Source: Chiloscyllium plagiosum
Taxonomy: Eukaryota
Assembly (NCBI RefSeq): GCF_004010195.1
Contig: NC_057758.1
Coordinates: forward strand, 2,108,029-2,172,028
Reading direction: 5' to 3'
Length of the DNA: 64,000 nt
The notes beneath the pieces are model-generated. The model was given only the letters and a program-made list of their open reading frames with translations. It was not told the DNA's origin and searched no databases. Numbering within the stretch: position 1 is the first letter of the stretch; each line of letters starts with the position of its first letter. Position numbers and translations under genes: made by a program. This document shows, piece by piece, positions 40,324 to 52,599 of this stretch.

Positions 40324-43300
40324 AAGGCAGTTACATCATCAAGTTGGACTTAATGCGTGGTTACTGACACGTACCTTTATCAGAAATGGCAAAGGAAATG
40401 TTTGTAACGCCAAATGGGATATATCAGTTTAATGTGATGCCCTTTGGAATGAAGAATGCACCTGTCACATTTCAAAGACTCATGAACACAATCATGGTTG
40501 GGTTAACAAACTGCACAATCTATATAGACAATGTAGTGATTTTTATTAAGTCCAGGAAAGATCACATGGTACAGTTGGAAGAGATCTTTGAACGATTACG
40601 AGAAGCAAAACATAATTAAAACAAAAAAATGACGTTCTTGGGACATAACCTTAGTCAATGAGGGTGCACCCCACGGAATGCAAAGACGAAGGCCACTGAG
40701 AAATTTCCACAACCAACCTCGAAGAAAGACGTCATTTTGATTCTTTGGATTAAGCAGATTCTAAAAAAAAATGTTTCCTCCAAATGTCAGCACTGTGGAA
40801 GCACCGTTAACCGATTGCTGAATATGAACACAAATTTTCGGTGGACAGAAAAATGCTCGGAGGCATTCGACCATTTGAAATCAATATTAACCGCCAGACC
40901 AGTTTTAGCAACACCAAAAGTTACAAATGCTTTTCATGTCACCTTCGATCCTCGTGACATAGGAGTTGGAGCTGTACGACTACAAGAATATGAGTATTGG
41001 ATTGACTGCTGGTTAGTTATTTGTTTGAAGAAATTCAACTTCCAACGGAGGAAATACTCCACGATCGAAAAAGAGCCATTCAGCTTGGTACTGGCCTGAC
41101 AACAATTTGATGTGTACGTCCCGAACAATGTTTCAGAGATGGTGTGTACACGGATCACAGTCTTCGTACATTCTTGGATCGATTTAAAGACAGCAATATG
41201 AGACTACGTCGTTGGAGTCATACGTTGCAGACTTTTCATTTAAATATCGCACATATTGTGGATTGTAAGAATATAATCGCAGACGTGTTTTCATGGATTT
41301 AACAGATAAAGACGTGATGCATCTGTCAGTTGTTTTACATATTTATGGGACCAAGTTAAGGTAAACGTAGATTAAAGTTATCTGTATTGTAGGGAAATGT
41401 GTTTAAAAATACAAAAAAAAAATGAAGCTATCGTTTCGTTATGATCGTCATTTTGTTTCTAAAGCGAGGAGGTATTATGAAGATGTAGTAGTGTACTGTA
41501 TATTTATGAAAATTGAAAGCTGGCAGAACTACCTGACAGCACTGCGTGTTCTAAACAAGTTGCAATGTAAACTTTTGGCCCAGCAGCGAAAGTGACTGGT
41601 TGCCTGGAGACAAAAACAAATTCAATTAGGCTAATCATTTAAAATTAAACACCCCCCAAAAAAAAACCTCCAATCAAGTTTGAATTTAGTATATTTGTAA
41701 TGTTAAAAAGAAAATCCGACGCATTGCGGGTACATGACCAGGAAGACTTTGACAGAGAACTGCCAAACCACCATCATGTAGACTGCGCAAAACAACGTTC
41801 CCTTGAAGGTACATTTATCTATCATAGACCTGTGAAAGCGAAATCGTGAGAAGAAAATCTCCAGAGGAATACACAAAAGGAAAATGCGACAGATGTTGGA
41901 AGTTGAATTTTTGGTAAATCTTACTCGGGTCGTTTTAACAGACTAGTACTCTCGAAGGGAAAGTAAAGTGCAGGGTAGAGAATGCAGTTGTAAATAGTTG
42001 TTAATTACACTCTGTTATACTTTAAGAAATAATGTTGTTAATTTTTACTTTAAATAATTCTTGGCATCTCGAAATTTCACAGAATCCCACACTGGGTATA
42101 CCTTTTCCATGTTGCTGGTGTAAAAGTAGCAGGGGAATGTTTACTCTGTGTTTTAACACAGTTCATTCAGGCGAAGTATGCCTTATTCCTGGCATATCTG
42201 TTTACTCAGAGGCACATACAAATGCAAAAAAAAACCACGCACATATAAAAGAGCACAGACATGAACATAGATTTGAGCAGACTCGCCGTGGAGAGAGGCT
42301 CGGAAGCTCAGGTGGTTTACTTTGGAGCAATGAAGGTTGCGACGAGTCTTGTATGGATCGCAGAAGATTTTGAGAGCGCAGATAGAATGGATAGGAAGCA
42401 GCTCTTTCACATCATGAGAGATTCGATAGCAACGTCGACATCATTTTGAAAATTAATGAGCTTCCTGGGTGGCGGGTGTGCATAGCAGCGACAGGAAATG
42501 TTACAATCGTTCGAAAGTACTTGAAGAGTACCGGTCTACTGTTGGAAAGTGGGCACATTGGGAGTAAGTGCACTTTCACCAATAGAAACTTGATGGATTA
42601 AAGGGCCACTTCAGTACTCTTAGATTCCTTGAATTTGTGGGTCTCCCTTTGTTTACAGCACCCACAGTGGGCACAGTATCACTACACAATAATGAGAATC
42701 ATAGAATTCTACAAAACACAAGGAAGTCATTCCAGACATCATGGGAACGTCAATTACAGCAAACTCCCTTCAAACCACATACAATTCTGACATGGAATTG
42801 TCTAACTACCCTTTCCCGCTGACTGGGTCTAGCTTGAAAAGGAGATACCTAGTTATTCCCATTCTTCAGCATTCTTCCGTTGAAACCCTGTCAATTCATC
42901 ACTTTCAAACCTATATCCAGCTCTCCTTTGATTTCTCCTATGGAAACCACTTCCACCACCTTACCAGGTAGTACACTCAAATTCCTAATAACTTTCATTG
43001 TATTAACTCTCAATGGTACAAACGGAGGACAGTTAAGAGTTGAAGGACCTGGTCATATATTCTGAAGGTTACTCGGCAGGTTGAAACAATAGTTAAGGAC
43101 CAAGTTGCAAATCCTACCAACTGTCTGACGGAAGAGCTCTCTCCTCATCGCACTCTTCGCTGTCTTGCTGACAGTCTTGAGATTATGATCCCACTTAATA
43201 ATCTACCAGTAACTGGAAACAGAATATCCTTCTGAACGTGCCAAAATTGTTCCTAACTTTACACACCTGAACGAAGTTATCTCATTCCTGCTCCAATGAG

Positions 43301-44999
43301 AGCAAACCAATCCCTCCGATGTAAAATCCTTCCTTACTCGAGATGGTGCATAATGAGCGGCTGAGTATTGATTGTAGACGAAGTGATTGTGTATGGATAT
43401 GTTTCAATCTCTCAGACTGCTTTGCATGTAATGTTGCAAGTGATGCACACAACTAGAAAAGGGGAAAGTATTCCGTTGCATTCTTATAACTTTTACCTTG
43501 TACGTGATGGACAGGCTTTGGGGAGTCAGAATTTGACTTACTTGCTGTCGGCATCCTAGCCTCTGACCTTTTTTTTACTTGTTGTACTTAGGCGACAATA
43601 ATTCTATTGGATTCGGTTTTAGATCAATTATAAAGATACGCATAATGATTCTATGGGTTTAGAGGCAGAGAGGAGCTCCTTGTATTTAAAAGTGTGAATT
43701 TGAATCTCCTTTATTGCAACTCTTCAGCTGTGGTGGAAAGACTACAGCGATGCTTGCAGATGTGTCCCAGAGATCGGACCCAGTGAACGGGAGAGATTCG
43801 TTTTAGAATTCCATGTAAGAGTACTATGCTGTTTGAAGGAAGCTTACCATAACTGACGTTCACTGATAAATTTTACCTTCCCATTTAAGTATTAGGGTTT
43901 GCAAAAATGCTTCTCAATTATGGTTAGTTACTTTTTGCCAGGACATTCTGGGCCATCAAAGTGTAAGAATGCTGGAGGTGAGAGTATTAAAAGTGTGGAT
44001 AGAGTAAAACTCAACAGGGTGCGCCGTGAATTTTGGTTTTGAGCTTCGCAAGTGTGGAGAAAGTTGCACTCATTTCGGCAATTAAGGGAGCACGGTATCA
44101 TCCATCCCACTTGTGCCATGGAGAGGGTCTCCAGGTTTCAGGGAGTCAGGAGATGAGTTACTTGTCACATAAAGCATGGACCTCTTAACTATTGTTGCAG
44201 CTAAAACACTAATATAATATACCCAGTGAAGTGTGTGATGAATGGAAAGCCTTGGAACTTGCAGACAACCATTGAAGCACAAAAGTGCAATTGTGAGTCT
44301 TAGGGAGCTGCATGCATTCATTCTGGAATATTCCCAAATTGACTTACGCAGGAGAATTGTCTGTTCATCATGTCATTTGGGACGCAGTCCAATTTTTCCT
44401 TGCATTTTAAGCTTAACTCCTTATTGAGTATATTTTAGCATGGGAGTGATGGGATATTTCAGCACATTTTTCAACTGCTGCCTTAATATATTCTGTGTCA
44501 CAGCATAACTGACAGTATTTGTGCAGCAACCCGATACTGCAGCATGAATCCCATTTCATGTACATTTTCAGATATCCAAAATGATATACCGCTGAATAAA
44601 TATATTGGAATCCGAAAAGTTACACCAGCAACATTGTACATATTGAGTAAATTCCCCGGCTCATACCATGACCATTGCAAAACTTTATTTCATGAGAACA
44701 TGGAGAGCAGGCACGTTTACTTACGAATGTTCGAGAGCCTTTTCCGAAGCTCTCCAGATCATCATGGATTTATATGGTATAATAGAAAGACCTGATTCAA
44801 AAATGCTTTGAGAAAAAAAAGGGTGAAATGGACACAAGCAACTGAAAAGTAATTTCCACCTGATGGCACATTTAATTGCGATTGCATAAAACAATTCGGA
44901 TAAACTTTGATAAAATATAAAAGGGAAAGGAATGAGAAACTGCGTGCAGGTGTGTGTGTGTGAAAGAGTGAGAGAGTTTTTGCTGTTGCGTTTACTGCA

Positions 45000-45220
45000 G
45001 AAAGTCAGGACGGCAGATGCTGGAGATCAGAGCTGAGAGTGTGGCGTTGGGCTAGCACATCAGGTCAGTCACGATCCGAGGAGCTGGAGAATCAGCGTTT
45101 TGGGTATGTGCTCTTCAATAGGAATGGCACTCTTGATAAATGCAACTGCGCAAAATGTCGATTCTCCTGCTCCTCGGATGCTGGCTGGCCTGCTGTGCCT
45201 TTCCAGCACCACACTCTAAA
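45000..45220. mobile_element. PLE-derived foldback element, older copy
   Basis: agagtgtgg...ggagaatc is mirrored by gattctcc...ccacactct. Confidence 0.75.
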
Positions 45221-46279
45221 CATTGCTTCTTTGAAGTCTGTTTTAATAATAGAGAGAGACAGAGAGATTGAGAGAGAGAGGCCAGTATTTTGTGTTACAT
45301 TCACTGAAATAAGTGTTAACTCTTCGTAGTTTGTTTTGAATATACTTTTGTTCGTTGGTGGTTTCTTGTAATCTTGTGTAACATTTGTTTTTGTTCCATG
45401 GAACCCGATATCCAGAATGTTTTGAACTAATTCTACATTTTGGGATACATGGCGATTTGAAAATGTAGTCTGTGCCTTTATCACTGTGGATCGTGTACAA
45501 TTTTTGTAATATCCTTTCTGCCAGGAAATGTTGACTTAAAATTTGGGTCGTAGCAATTGGTTTAATTTCTCTCTTGAAATTGCAATCTATCACTTATGCG
45601 GTTTCATTTTCTGGCCAGAGTGAACTTCCATATATTGTTTTAACATACAATCTAATCTGTAATTCTGAATGACACAAATTTCTCATTGCAACCATTTAAA
45701 TTTTGGGAATTCAATCCTGTTTGAACTAAATTTTGGTGAAATATTCTGAAATTTGAGTAAACTCACAAAGTTGTGTCGTTGAGATTGAACGATACTCGAG
45801 TATTGAAGACTTTGTGGGACACCCGCCTTTGTAAGTGCTATTTAAACAAGTTGCAACTATTAATGAAACCACCATTCTGTACTTTCTATATATGTCAAGA
45901 AACTAAGATTCTCAATGAAATCTTGAGTATCCAGCAATTTGGCAGTGATAATTACAGCTCCAGTAAAACAATGGGAAAAGTTTGATCGGATCTTTCGAGT
46001 GTCTAGTTCCATCGGCCATATTAATCTATCGAACAAGTATGTGAATGGAGGGGATTGGCCAGGTTAAGGGAAGGGGTAAGGTGCGACCTTGTTTTAATTG
46101 CAACAAACATGGCCATTGGTCCAATCAGTATCTGAACAAGTCACAGGGGAATGTAGGGCACTTTAGTATCTTCAATTCCCTTTCCGTTTTGCATCAGTCA
46201 CGACAGGCATTGGGTTGAAAACCGAAGATAAATACATGCTTCACATGAATTCTACTATGATGCATCGTCAAGAAGCTCT

Positions 46280-47105
46280 CTCGCTGATCCTGCAGCAGCA
46301 GCCACAGTTCAGTATGGGAGTGTATTACACATGTGAGTTTGCATAGCTACACCCCGGATTGTGGACATTATCATCTTTCAATCATAATGCAGCACGACCG
46401 AAAAAATCTGCTTCACAGGTTGCAGGATGTCTCCGTCGACAAGATGGCTTATCCGTCCACTGCGACGGCCGAGTAGTAGTGCCTTCAGTATTGTTTCCGT
46501 GGCTTGCCCGCATGTTTCACATCTAGGCAAAAGGTGTATTTCAGGACGTGAACAATAATCTTGGTACACGTCAGGCGTTGCGACCTTAGCAGAAAAAAAG
46601 TGCTTGATGTATGACATGTCAAACGTTCAACGCAGGCAAACCCCAATGTCTAAATTTATGTGTTTTAGTTATGCATTGGTTATCTTAGAGGCATTCTCCA
46701 GGTGGGTGGAAGCTTATCCTACACGAAGCATTGCTGCCGGAGTGGTGACCAAAATCTTGCTGTAAGGCGGTGCGGTCCATTTCGGAGTGCCGGCACAAAT
46801 AACAAGTGTTAATGGGCGGCATTTTATGGAACACATGTTTAAAGAACTGTTTTAAGTTGGAGAGCAAATATCATCTGCCATGTTGATATCACCCCCTGGT
46901 CAACTGGATCAGTAGAAAGGCACAAGAGAATATTAAATTACAACACAATGTAAAAACGTTATGTTGGGAAACCGGTTTGAAATTAGCACAGACAATACTG
47001 ATCACATATATGTCAATATGATCACGTCCTAAAAGGGCAGAGGTTGAAAGTTTCCGCAGAGGTTGCCATGAACTTTGATAGGATTGTTCTGAAGGCATAG
47101 AAGGA
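46280..47105 (+). mobile_element. Endogenous retrovirus (class I-like) integrase remnant
   Basis: DGRVVVPSVLFPWLARMFH, HLGK, CMTCQTFN, YALVILEAFSRWVEAYPT, FGVPAQITSVNGRHF and GSVER motifs, with stops and frameshifts. Confidence 0.8.
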
Positions 47106-47940
47106 TTGAGTATCGGAACAAAAGACAAAAGACAGTAGACAATAGGTGCAGGAGTAGGCCATTCTGCCCTTCGAGCCTGCACCACCATTCAATATGATCA
47201 TGCTGATCATCCTTAATCAGTATCGTTTTCCTGCCTTATCTCCATAAACCTTGATTTCACTATCCTTGAGAGCTCTATCCAACTCTTTCTTAAATGAATA
47301 CAGAGACTGGGCCTTCACTGCCCTCTGGGGAAGAGCATTCCACTCAGCCACCACTGTCTGGGTGATCTCTGTCCTCATCTCTGTCCTAAATGGTCTACCC
47401 CGTATTTTTAAGCTGTGTCCCCTGATTCGGCACTCACCCATCAGCGGAAACATGTTTCCTGCCGCCAGAGTGTCCAAACCTTTAATAATCTTATATGTCT
47501 TTATCAGATCCCCTCTCAGTCTTCTAAACCCAAGGTTATACAAGCCCAGTCGCTCCAGTCTTTCAGTGTAAGGTAGTCCCGCCATTCTAGGAATTGACCT
47601 CGTGAACCTACGCTGCACTCCCTCAATAGTCAGAATGTCTTTCCTCAAATTTGGAGACTAGAACTGCACACAGTATTCCAGGTGAGGTCTCACCAGGGCC
47701 CTGTACAGCTGGAGAAGAACCTCTTCGCTTCTATACTCAATCCCTCTTGTTATGAAGGCCAGCATGCTATTAGCCTTCTTCACTACCTGCTGTACCTGCA
47801 TGCTTAACTTCATTGACTGGTGCACAAGAACACCCAGATCTCTCTGTACTGCCCCTTTACCTAAATTAAGTCCATTTAGGTAGTAATCTGCCTTCCTGTT
47901 CATGCCACCAAAGTGAATAACCATACATTTATCCACATTA
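47105..47940 (-). mobile_element. Relatively young CR1 3' fragment
   Basis: Open segments LYRALVRPHLEYCVQF and RRLRGDLI..WNALP; intact 3' UTR. Confidence 0.9.
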
Positions 47941-48312
47941 AAGGCAAGGCAGGACATAGCTTTAACTTGAGGGATGATAGATATTGGACAGATTGCAGTC
48001 GTAGCTTCTTTGCTTTGGGAGTATTATGGGCATTGAAAGCACTGCCTGCAACTTTAATGGCATTTAAATGTTCATTGGATAGGCATATGGACGAGAATGG
48101 AGTGAAGAGTGTGGTTCTGGAAAAGCACAGCCTGCCAGGCAGATTCCGAGGAGCAGGAATGTCCACGTTTCGGGTTAAAGCTCTTCTTCTGGAAGGACGA
48201 GATATGACGAGAATGGAATAGCGTAGGTTAGATGGACTTCAGGTTAGTTCCACAGTTCGATGCAAAACCGAGGGCTAAAGGGTCTGTACTATGCTGTATG
48301 TTCGACGTTCTA
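47941..48312 (+). mobile_element. CR1 3' end with a nested PLE terminus
   Basis: GHSFNLR..W.ALP and a tgttc-type tail; PLE end at ~48105-48192. Confidence 0.7.
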
Positions 48313-50229
48313 AGGGAGTATATCCTCACCACAGACGCCTTATGCAGACGAGCATATTTGGAAAACAGGCTGCTGGCTCCACATGGTGTTTAGGCTGTAG
48401 AATGTGTTGCAGAAAGATGTGAGATCAGATGGTACTGATTGTCATTTGAAATTTCTGAAACGATCTATTAAAAAGAATGAATAAAAATATGAAAAGAGCT
48501 ATTTCGAGAAAAGGTCTCAAAACAGAATTTTGAATTTGGACAAATTTGCATAGATATATTTCAAATATCTAGAATGAGCCATAATGCAAGCTTAAGTTCC
48601 ATGGATAAACTTAAAGAAATAACAAGCAACAGCTGGGGATGGATTTAAATGGCAACTGAAGTTATCATGCATTTTAGTGAAACGGCAGTTTAGGCAAGAG
48701 TACAGAATTGATACGTTTCTTTTGGTGATGTTTGTGTACTTGCCTTTACTTGGTGAATTTTGTGATCAAGTCACGACTCGAGGCATCATGACGATACGTG
48801 GAGAAGTAAGTCAAATTTTATAGATTTTTTGCGAAGACCATATGGAAGTCAGGAATGCGTGACAGGCTTGGGATAACAATGAAAGTGTGCAAAAGTAATT
48901 GCTGCTCGGAAGTAACAAAAACGAGTGAATGCTGTAAAACAATTGTTGAAGAACAGGCTTGACACATGTACACGTCCATGAAAAATGCATTCATGTGGCT
49001 TGAAAGGGCAGAAGACAATAAATTTAGCGATAAGACATTTCGACAAAATCCATGAAGAAACTTACTTTAAAACATTGAACTTGAGCTGTAGTTAAAAGAA
49101 GAAAACAAAAAAATGAGATACACACGCTTCAAAAATGAAAACCAGCAAATGCTCTACTAAAAAAAGTCGTATGAACCTTTGTCGTTTTCGTTGGTGTCTC
49201 ATTCATTATTTGCCTTATGCAGTTCTGCGCTCGCTCTGGCTCACTTTTACTACCATCATTCCCATTACTGTCCGTGCTGGTTAAGATCGTTCTCACCAAA
49301 ATAACTCTCCCTGACACGATAATCACTCAGGATCTGGCTATATTCCTCATTTTGATGGAGACACTGATCTGTTGTGTTAATCTTCTGATGGAGTAGGAAG
49401 AATTTTGGAAACTGCAGCTTCTAGCAGTTTCTAGCTCTGCTAATCTCTTGCCAGACATTGTGCAGTGACGCTGGGTCGAGAACATTTTGTATCAATCACT
49501 TAACTTCTGCTTTTCCATAGAACTTTAGCATTTTATCTGCAGCCATCTATAAAGCAAAACTGCAACCCAGCTCCTGCTAGGACTTTGCATGATGTAGAGT
49601 CATGTAGACCATCTTCTGGCTATCTTGTGGATTTTTGTTTTAATAAGGAATTGTCAGTGTAACATCAATTTACTATAAAAATCCATGGTGATCTGCATAG
49701 CTTCAGAGAAGTGGCTCGATCAGTCTTAAGGAAAGGTAGCAGCTTCCCATGATGTCACGAAATAAAGTTTTGTCAATGCTCAAGGTCTCACTACAGGGAA
49801 TTTTTTCAATGATTTGGCGTAATCTGCTGGATCCATTTTTATTGGATTTAGTGTGAACCTAAAATTATAAAACATCCTCACCTCTGTCAACAGTCTAAGC
49901 CTAAATTAGAGAAAGATGCTGAGACAAGTGAGGGCTGGAAAAACCGCCACATCCAACAATAATAATTCAAGACGACCTGAGGAAATTGACAAAAAAACGT
50001 TGGCTTAATGTTTGAAGTTTGTCTTTGTATTTGTTGTTTCTTTCTCCACAAATGATAAATCCGCACTTTGGAACTGAGGAAGCGACAATGGGGGCAAGAG
50101 ACATAAATCTAAGAAGGACGGACCAGCCCTGCGGACAAGTAAAACTTGTCCCGCTGAGAAGGACAGCCCACATCCATTTGTCTCATCGACTAAAATGCAG
50201 AAGTACGCGGGAGCACCACTGTAAATAAG

Positions 50230-50935
50230 TTCGATATTAAAAATTGTTCTTCAACAGTCCATAACAGTTTGAGATTTGCCGAGCTTAGAACCAATTACAT
50301 TACGGATTTCCTTCGACTTTCCATTTCTGAGTCTTTAGGCACTCCCTCACTTCAGTGAGCCTGGAATTCCTGTGGACTCTGCTAGCTATTAGCATGTGCC
50401 AGACATTTAAAGCATTCAGTAGTAGAATCAAAAGAAATGGGGAACCTGGGTCCAAAACGTAGTGAAAGAAGTGGATTATTGTCCAGAGTAGTCTCATGGC
50501 AGTGACAGCCTCTATCCAACAAACCAGTGAACCTACCAAAGAGTGTACGAAATTTCACACATGATGGATGAGATGATGATGCTTACACAGTTCAGTGTAG
50601 TCACTGTTCCAAGAACCACATCCATCGTTTTCTCACTGCAATATTTACTTTTCTGCTTGTGGCAACGAATGACCACAAATCGATCAAAGCTGAACGTGTT
50701 GCTGAACAAGAATGAACAACCAGTGGCTGCATAAAGCAAGGTGGTGACGACATTTCACACGTGAATGGTCACCAGGAAATAAAACTGTTTCCAATAAATA
50801 ATGCAAATGTATCTCAACATCACTTCGAGGCCAATGACCAATCGATTCACTAATGCCGTGGCCACCAGTAAGGACTGACAGATCCAGAACGACCACATGT
50901 TTCCCAGAACATGATGATGATCGTCATAATATACA
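50230..50935 (-). pseudogene. GPR139-like GPCR pseudogene (divergent subfamily)
   Basis: Minus-strand fragments IMTIIIMFWETCGRSG / LVATA / LLYAATGCS..TFSFDRFVVIRCHKQKSKYCSEKT..VVLGTVT / HYVLDPGSPFLLILLLNAL / DSEMESRRKSV are collinear with the intact receptor. Several stops and frameshifts; no TM7 recognised. Confidence 0.85.
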
Positions 50936-51307
50936 GTCTGACAGTGCGAGGTACATGTTTCATCTAGTGATCAGTCTCATGTAAAGATGACCATTCGTCC
51001 TGCAAAGCAAATGTTGGCTCAGCAAGCAGTGAATGTACGCTTTTATGAAGTCGTCATTGCTTATCACTAAACTTATTCATGGAACAACACTTGAGAGACT
51101 CTGCCATATATACATCCTCTGTAATGAAATTCGCATGCATTTTCAAAGGTCCAACGTTTAACTGCAATTCTCAGAAATCACTGAGATTAATTTCCTTTAT
51201 GCTGTGTTCCATAAACGCATTCAGTTTAATCTTTAATATACTGTGATGAACTATGGCATTGAACGCACCAAGCAATGAGACTTTTAATCAATAAGTACAT
51301 GGGCTCA

Positions 51308-51570
51308 TTAGATTAGATGACGTACAGTGTAGAAACAGGCCCTTTGGCCCAACAAGTCCACACCGACCCGCCGAAGCGCAACCCACCCAGACCCATTCCC
51401 CTACACCTAACACTACGGGCAATTTAGCATGGCCAATTCACCTAACCTGCACATTTTTAGACTGTGGGAGGAAACCGGAGCACCCGGAGGAAACCCACGC
51501 AGACACGGGGAGAATGTGTAAACTCCACACAGTCAGTCGCCTGATGCAGTGCTAACCACTGTGCCACCCA
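51308..51570 (-). mobile_element. HE1-like SINE (young)
   Basis: Near-consensus SINE core and tail with a ctaat repeat. Confidence 0.9.
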
Positions 51571-52229
51571 TTCTCCGGTGACACAGGTTTGTGTGGTGGG
51601 ATAAGGACAGATTTCTGCTAATCCCTGAGAGATAGCGGGGTTTTTTTTATGCAATTAGTATGGAAACATTCAATTTAGCTTGTCAGGATTGCATCATTTC
51701 ATCTATAATTCTTTGTCTCCGTTCTGTAGTATGATGCCTTCTGGTCTGCAATTAATTCACAGCAAATATTCAAATTCTCCTTTGGGAAGTGTGTGTGAGG
51801 GTATTTATTGTGCGTCATTGTCTTTGCTGTAGTTTCCCTGAAATGTCAGAAGTGAGCACATATATTACAGAGATATGTGGAAAATTTGCAGTTCGTGTTT
51901 ATCGCACATTTCTTGGTAAACACATAGTTCGCACCTGTCAATAGATCGTACATTGTTTCAGATAATGAAGCACTGGTCTCGGGACCTGAACCTGACATCC
52001 TGGTTGAATCATTGCATGCTCAAACAATTACTGTTTGGGGAGCATTGTTCCAGGAAACGAATTATGGTTAAGGCAGAAAACATGTCGTATTTGACATAAG
52101 CATTTTTTTCTTCCTGTATGAGTGTAAAGAAATAGCTGTAATCGTTTACTATACTGCAGGACATACTTGTTAGACCGGAGTGATTCTTCTTCAGCGTTTA
52201 CTCATCGATTTAGATCCTATCTACCTCCC

Positions 52230-52475
52230 TCTGAGAAAATGATCAGGAAATTGACATCATCGAAACAGGAAATGACATCCCCACGGGAAATGACGTGACC
52301 AACCAAAGGAAATCTGAAAACATAAATAGCAAGGTGGACATAATACGAACCCTTCGCCGGAGGCTCACTGATGATGTTACCTAGCTTGATGACGAAACAT
52401 CAGAAAACGAATCTTCCAGCTCAAAGAGCAAACTTACATTCAGGAAACTCAGGCTGAGCTACAACTCTTCTCAAC
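52230..52475 (+). mobile_element. PLE 3' terminus (same family as 6955-7100)
   Basis: Repeated ggaaatgacatc motif followed by a hammerhead motif. Confidence 0.7.
52366..52403 (+). ncRNA. Minimal hammerhead ribozyme motif
   Basis: ca-CTGATGA-t-gttacCTAGCTTGatgac-GAAAC-ATC. Confidence 0.6.
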
Positions 52476-52599
52476 TCGTGGATACGTTAATATAAAAACC
52501 ATCCAAGCCCATACTGAAGGAATATCTGTTTTTACAACCTCTTGAAATGATAAAAAAAAAAGCAAAATATGACATTGTTAAAAGGACAGCATCATCACA

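Larger units (their letters stand above)
34139..42158 (+). mobile_element. Gmr1-type Gypsy LTR retrotransposon with both LTRs, degenerate, with nested insertions
   Basis: 5' LTR 34139-34863 (TG..CA), then a degenerate tRNA-Pro-like PBS. Gag zinc knuckle CFHCGKMGHIKSHC at 36194; integrase CHTC/EIQSDQG (38520-39000); RT MPFGMKNAP, YIDN (40430-40530); RNase H YSTIEKE; PPT aaagcgaggagg 41461-41472; 3' LTR 41473-42158. Confidence 0.92.
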
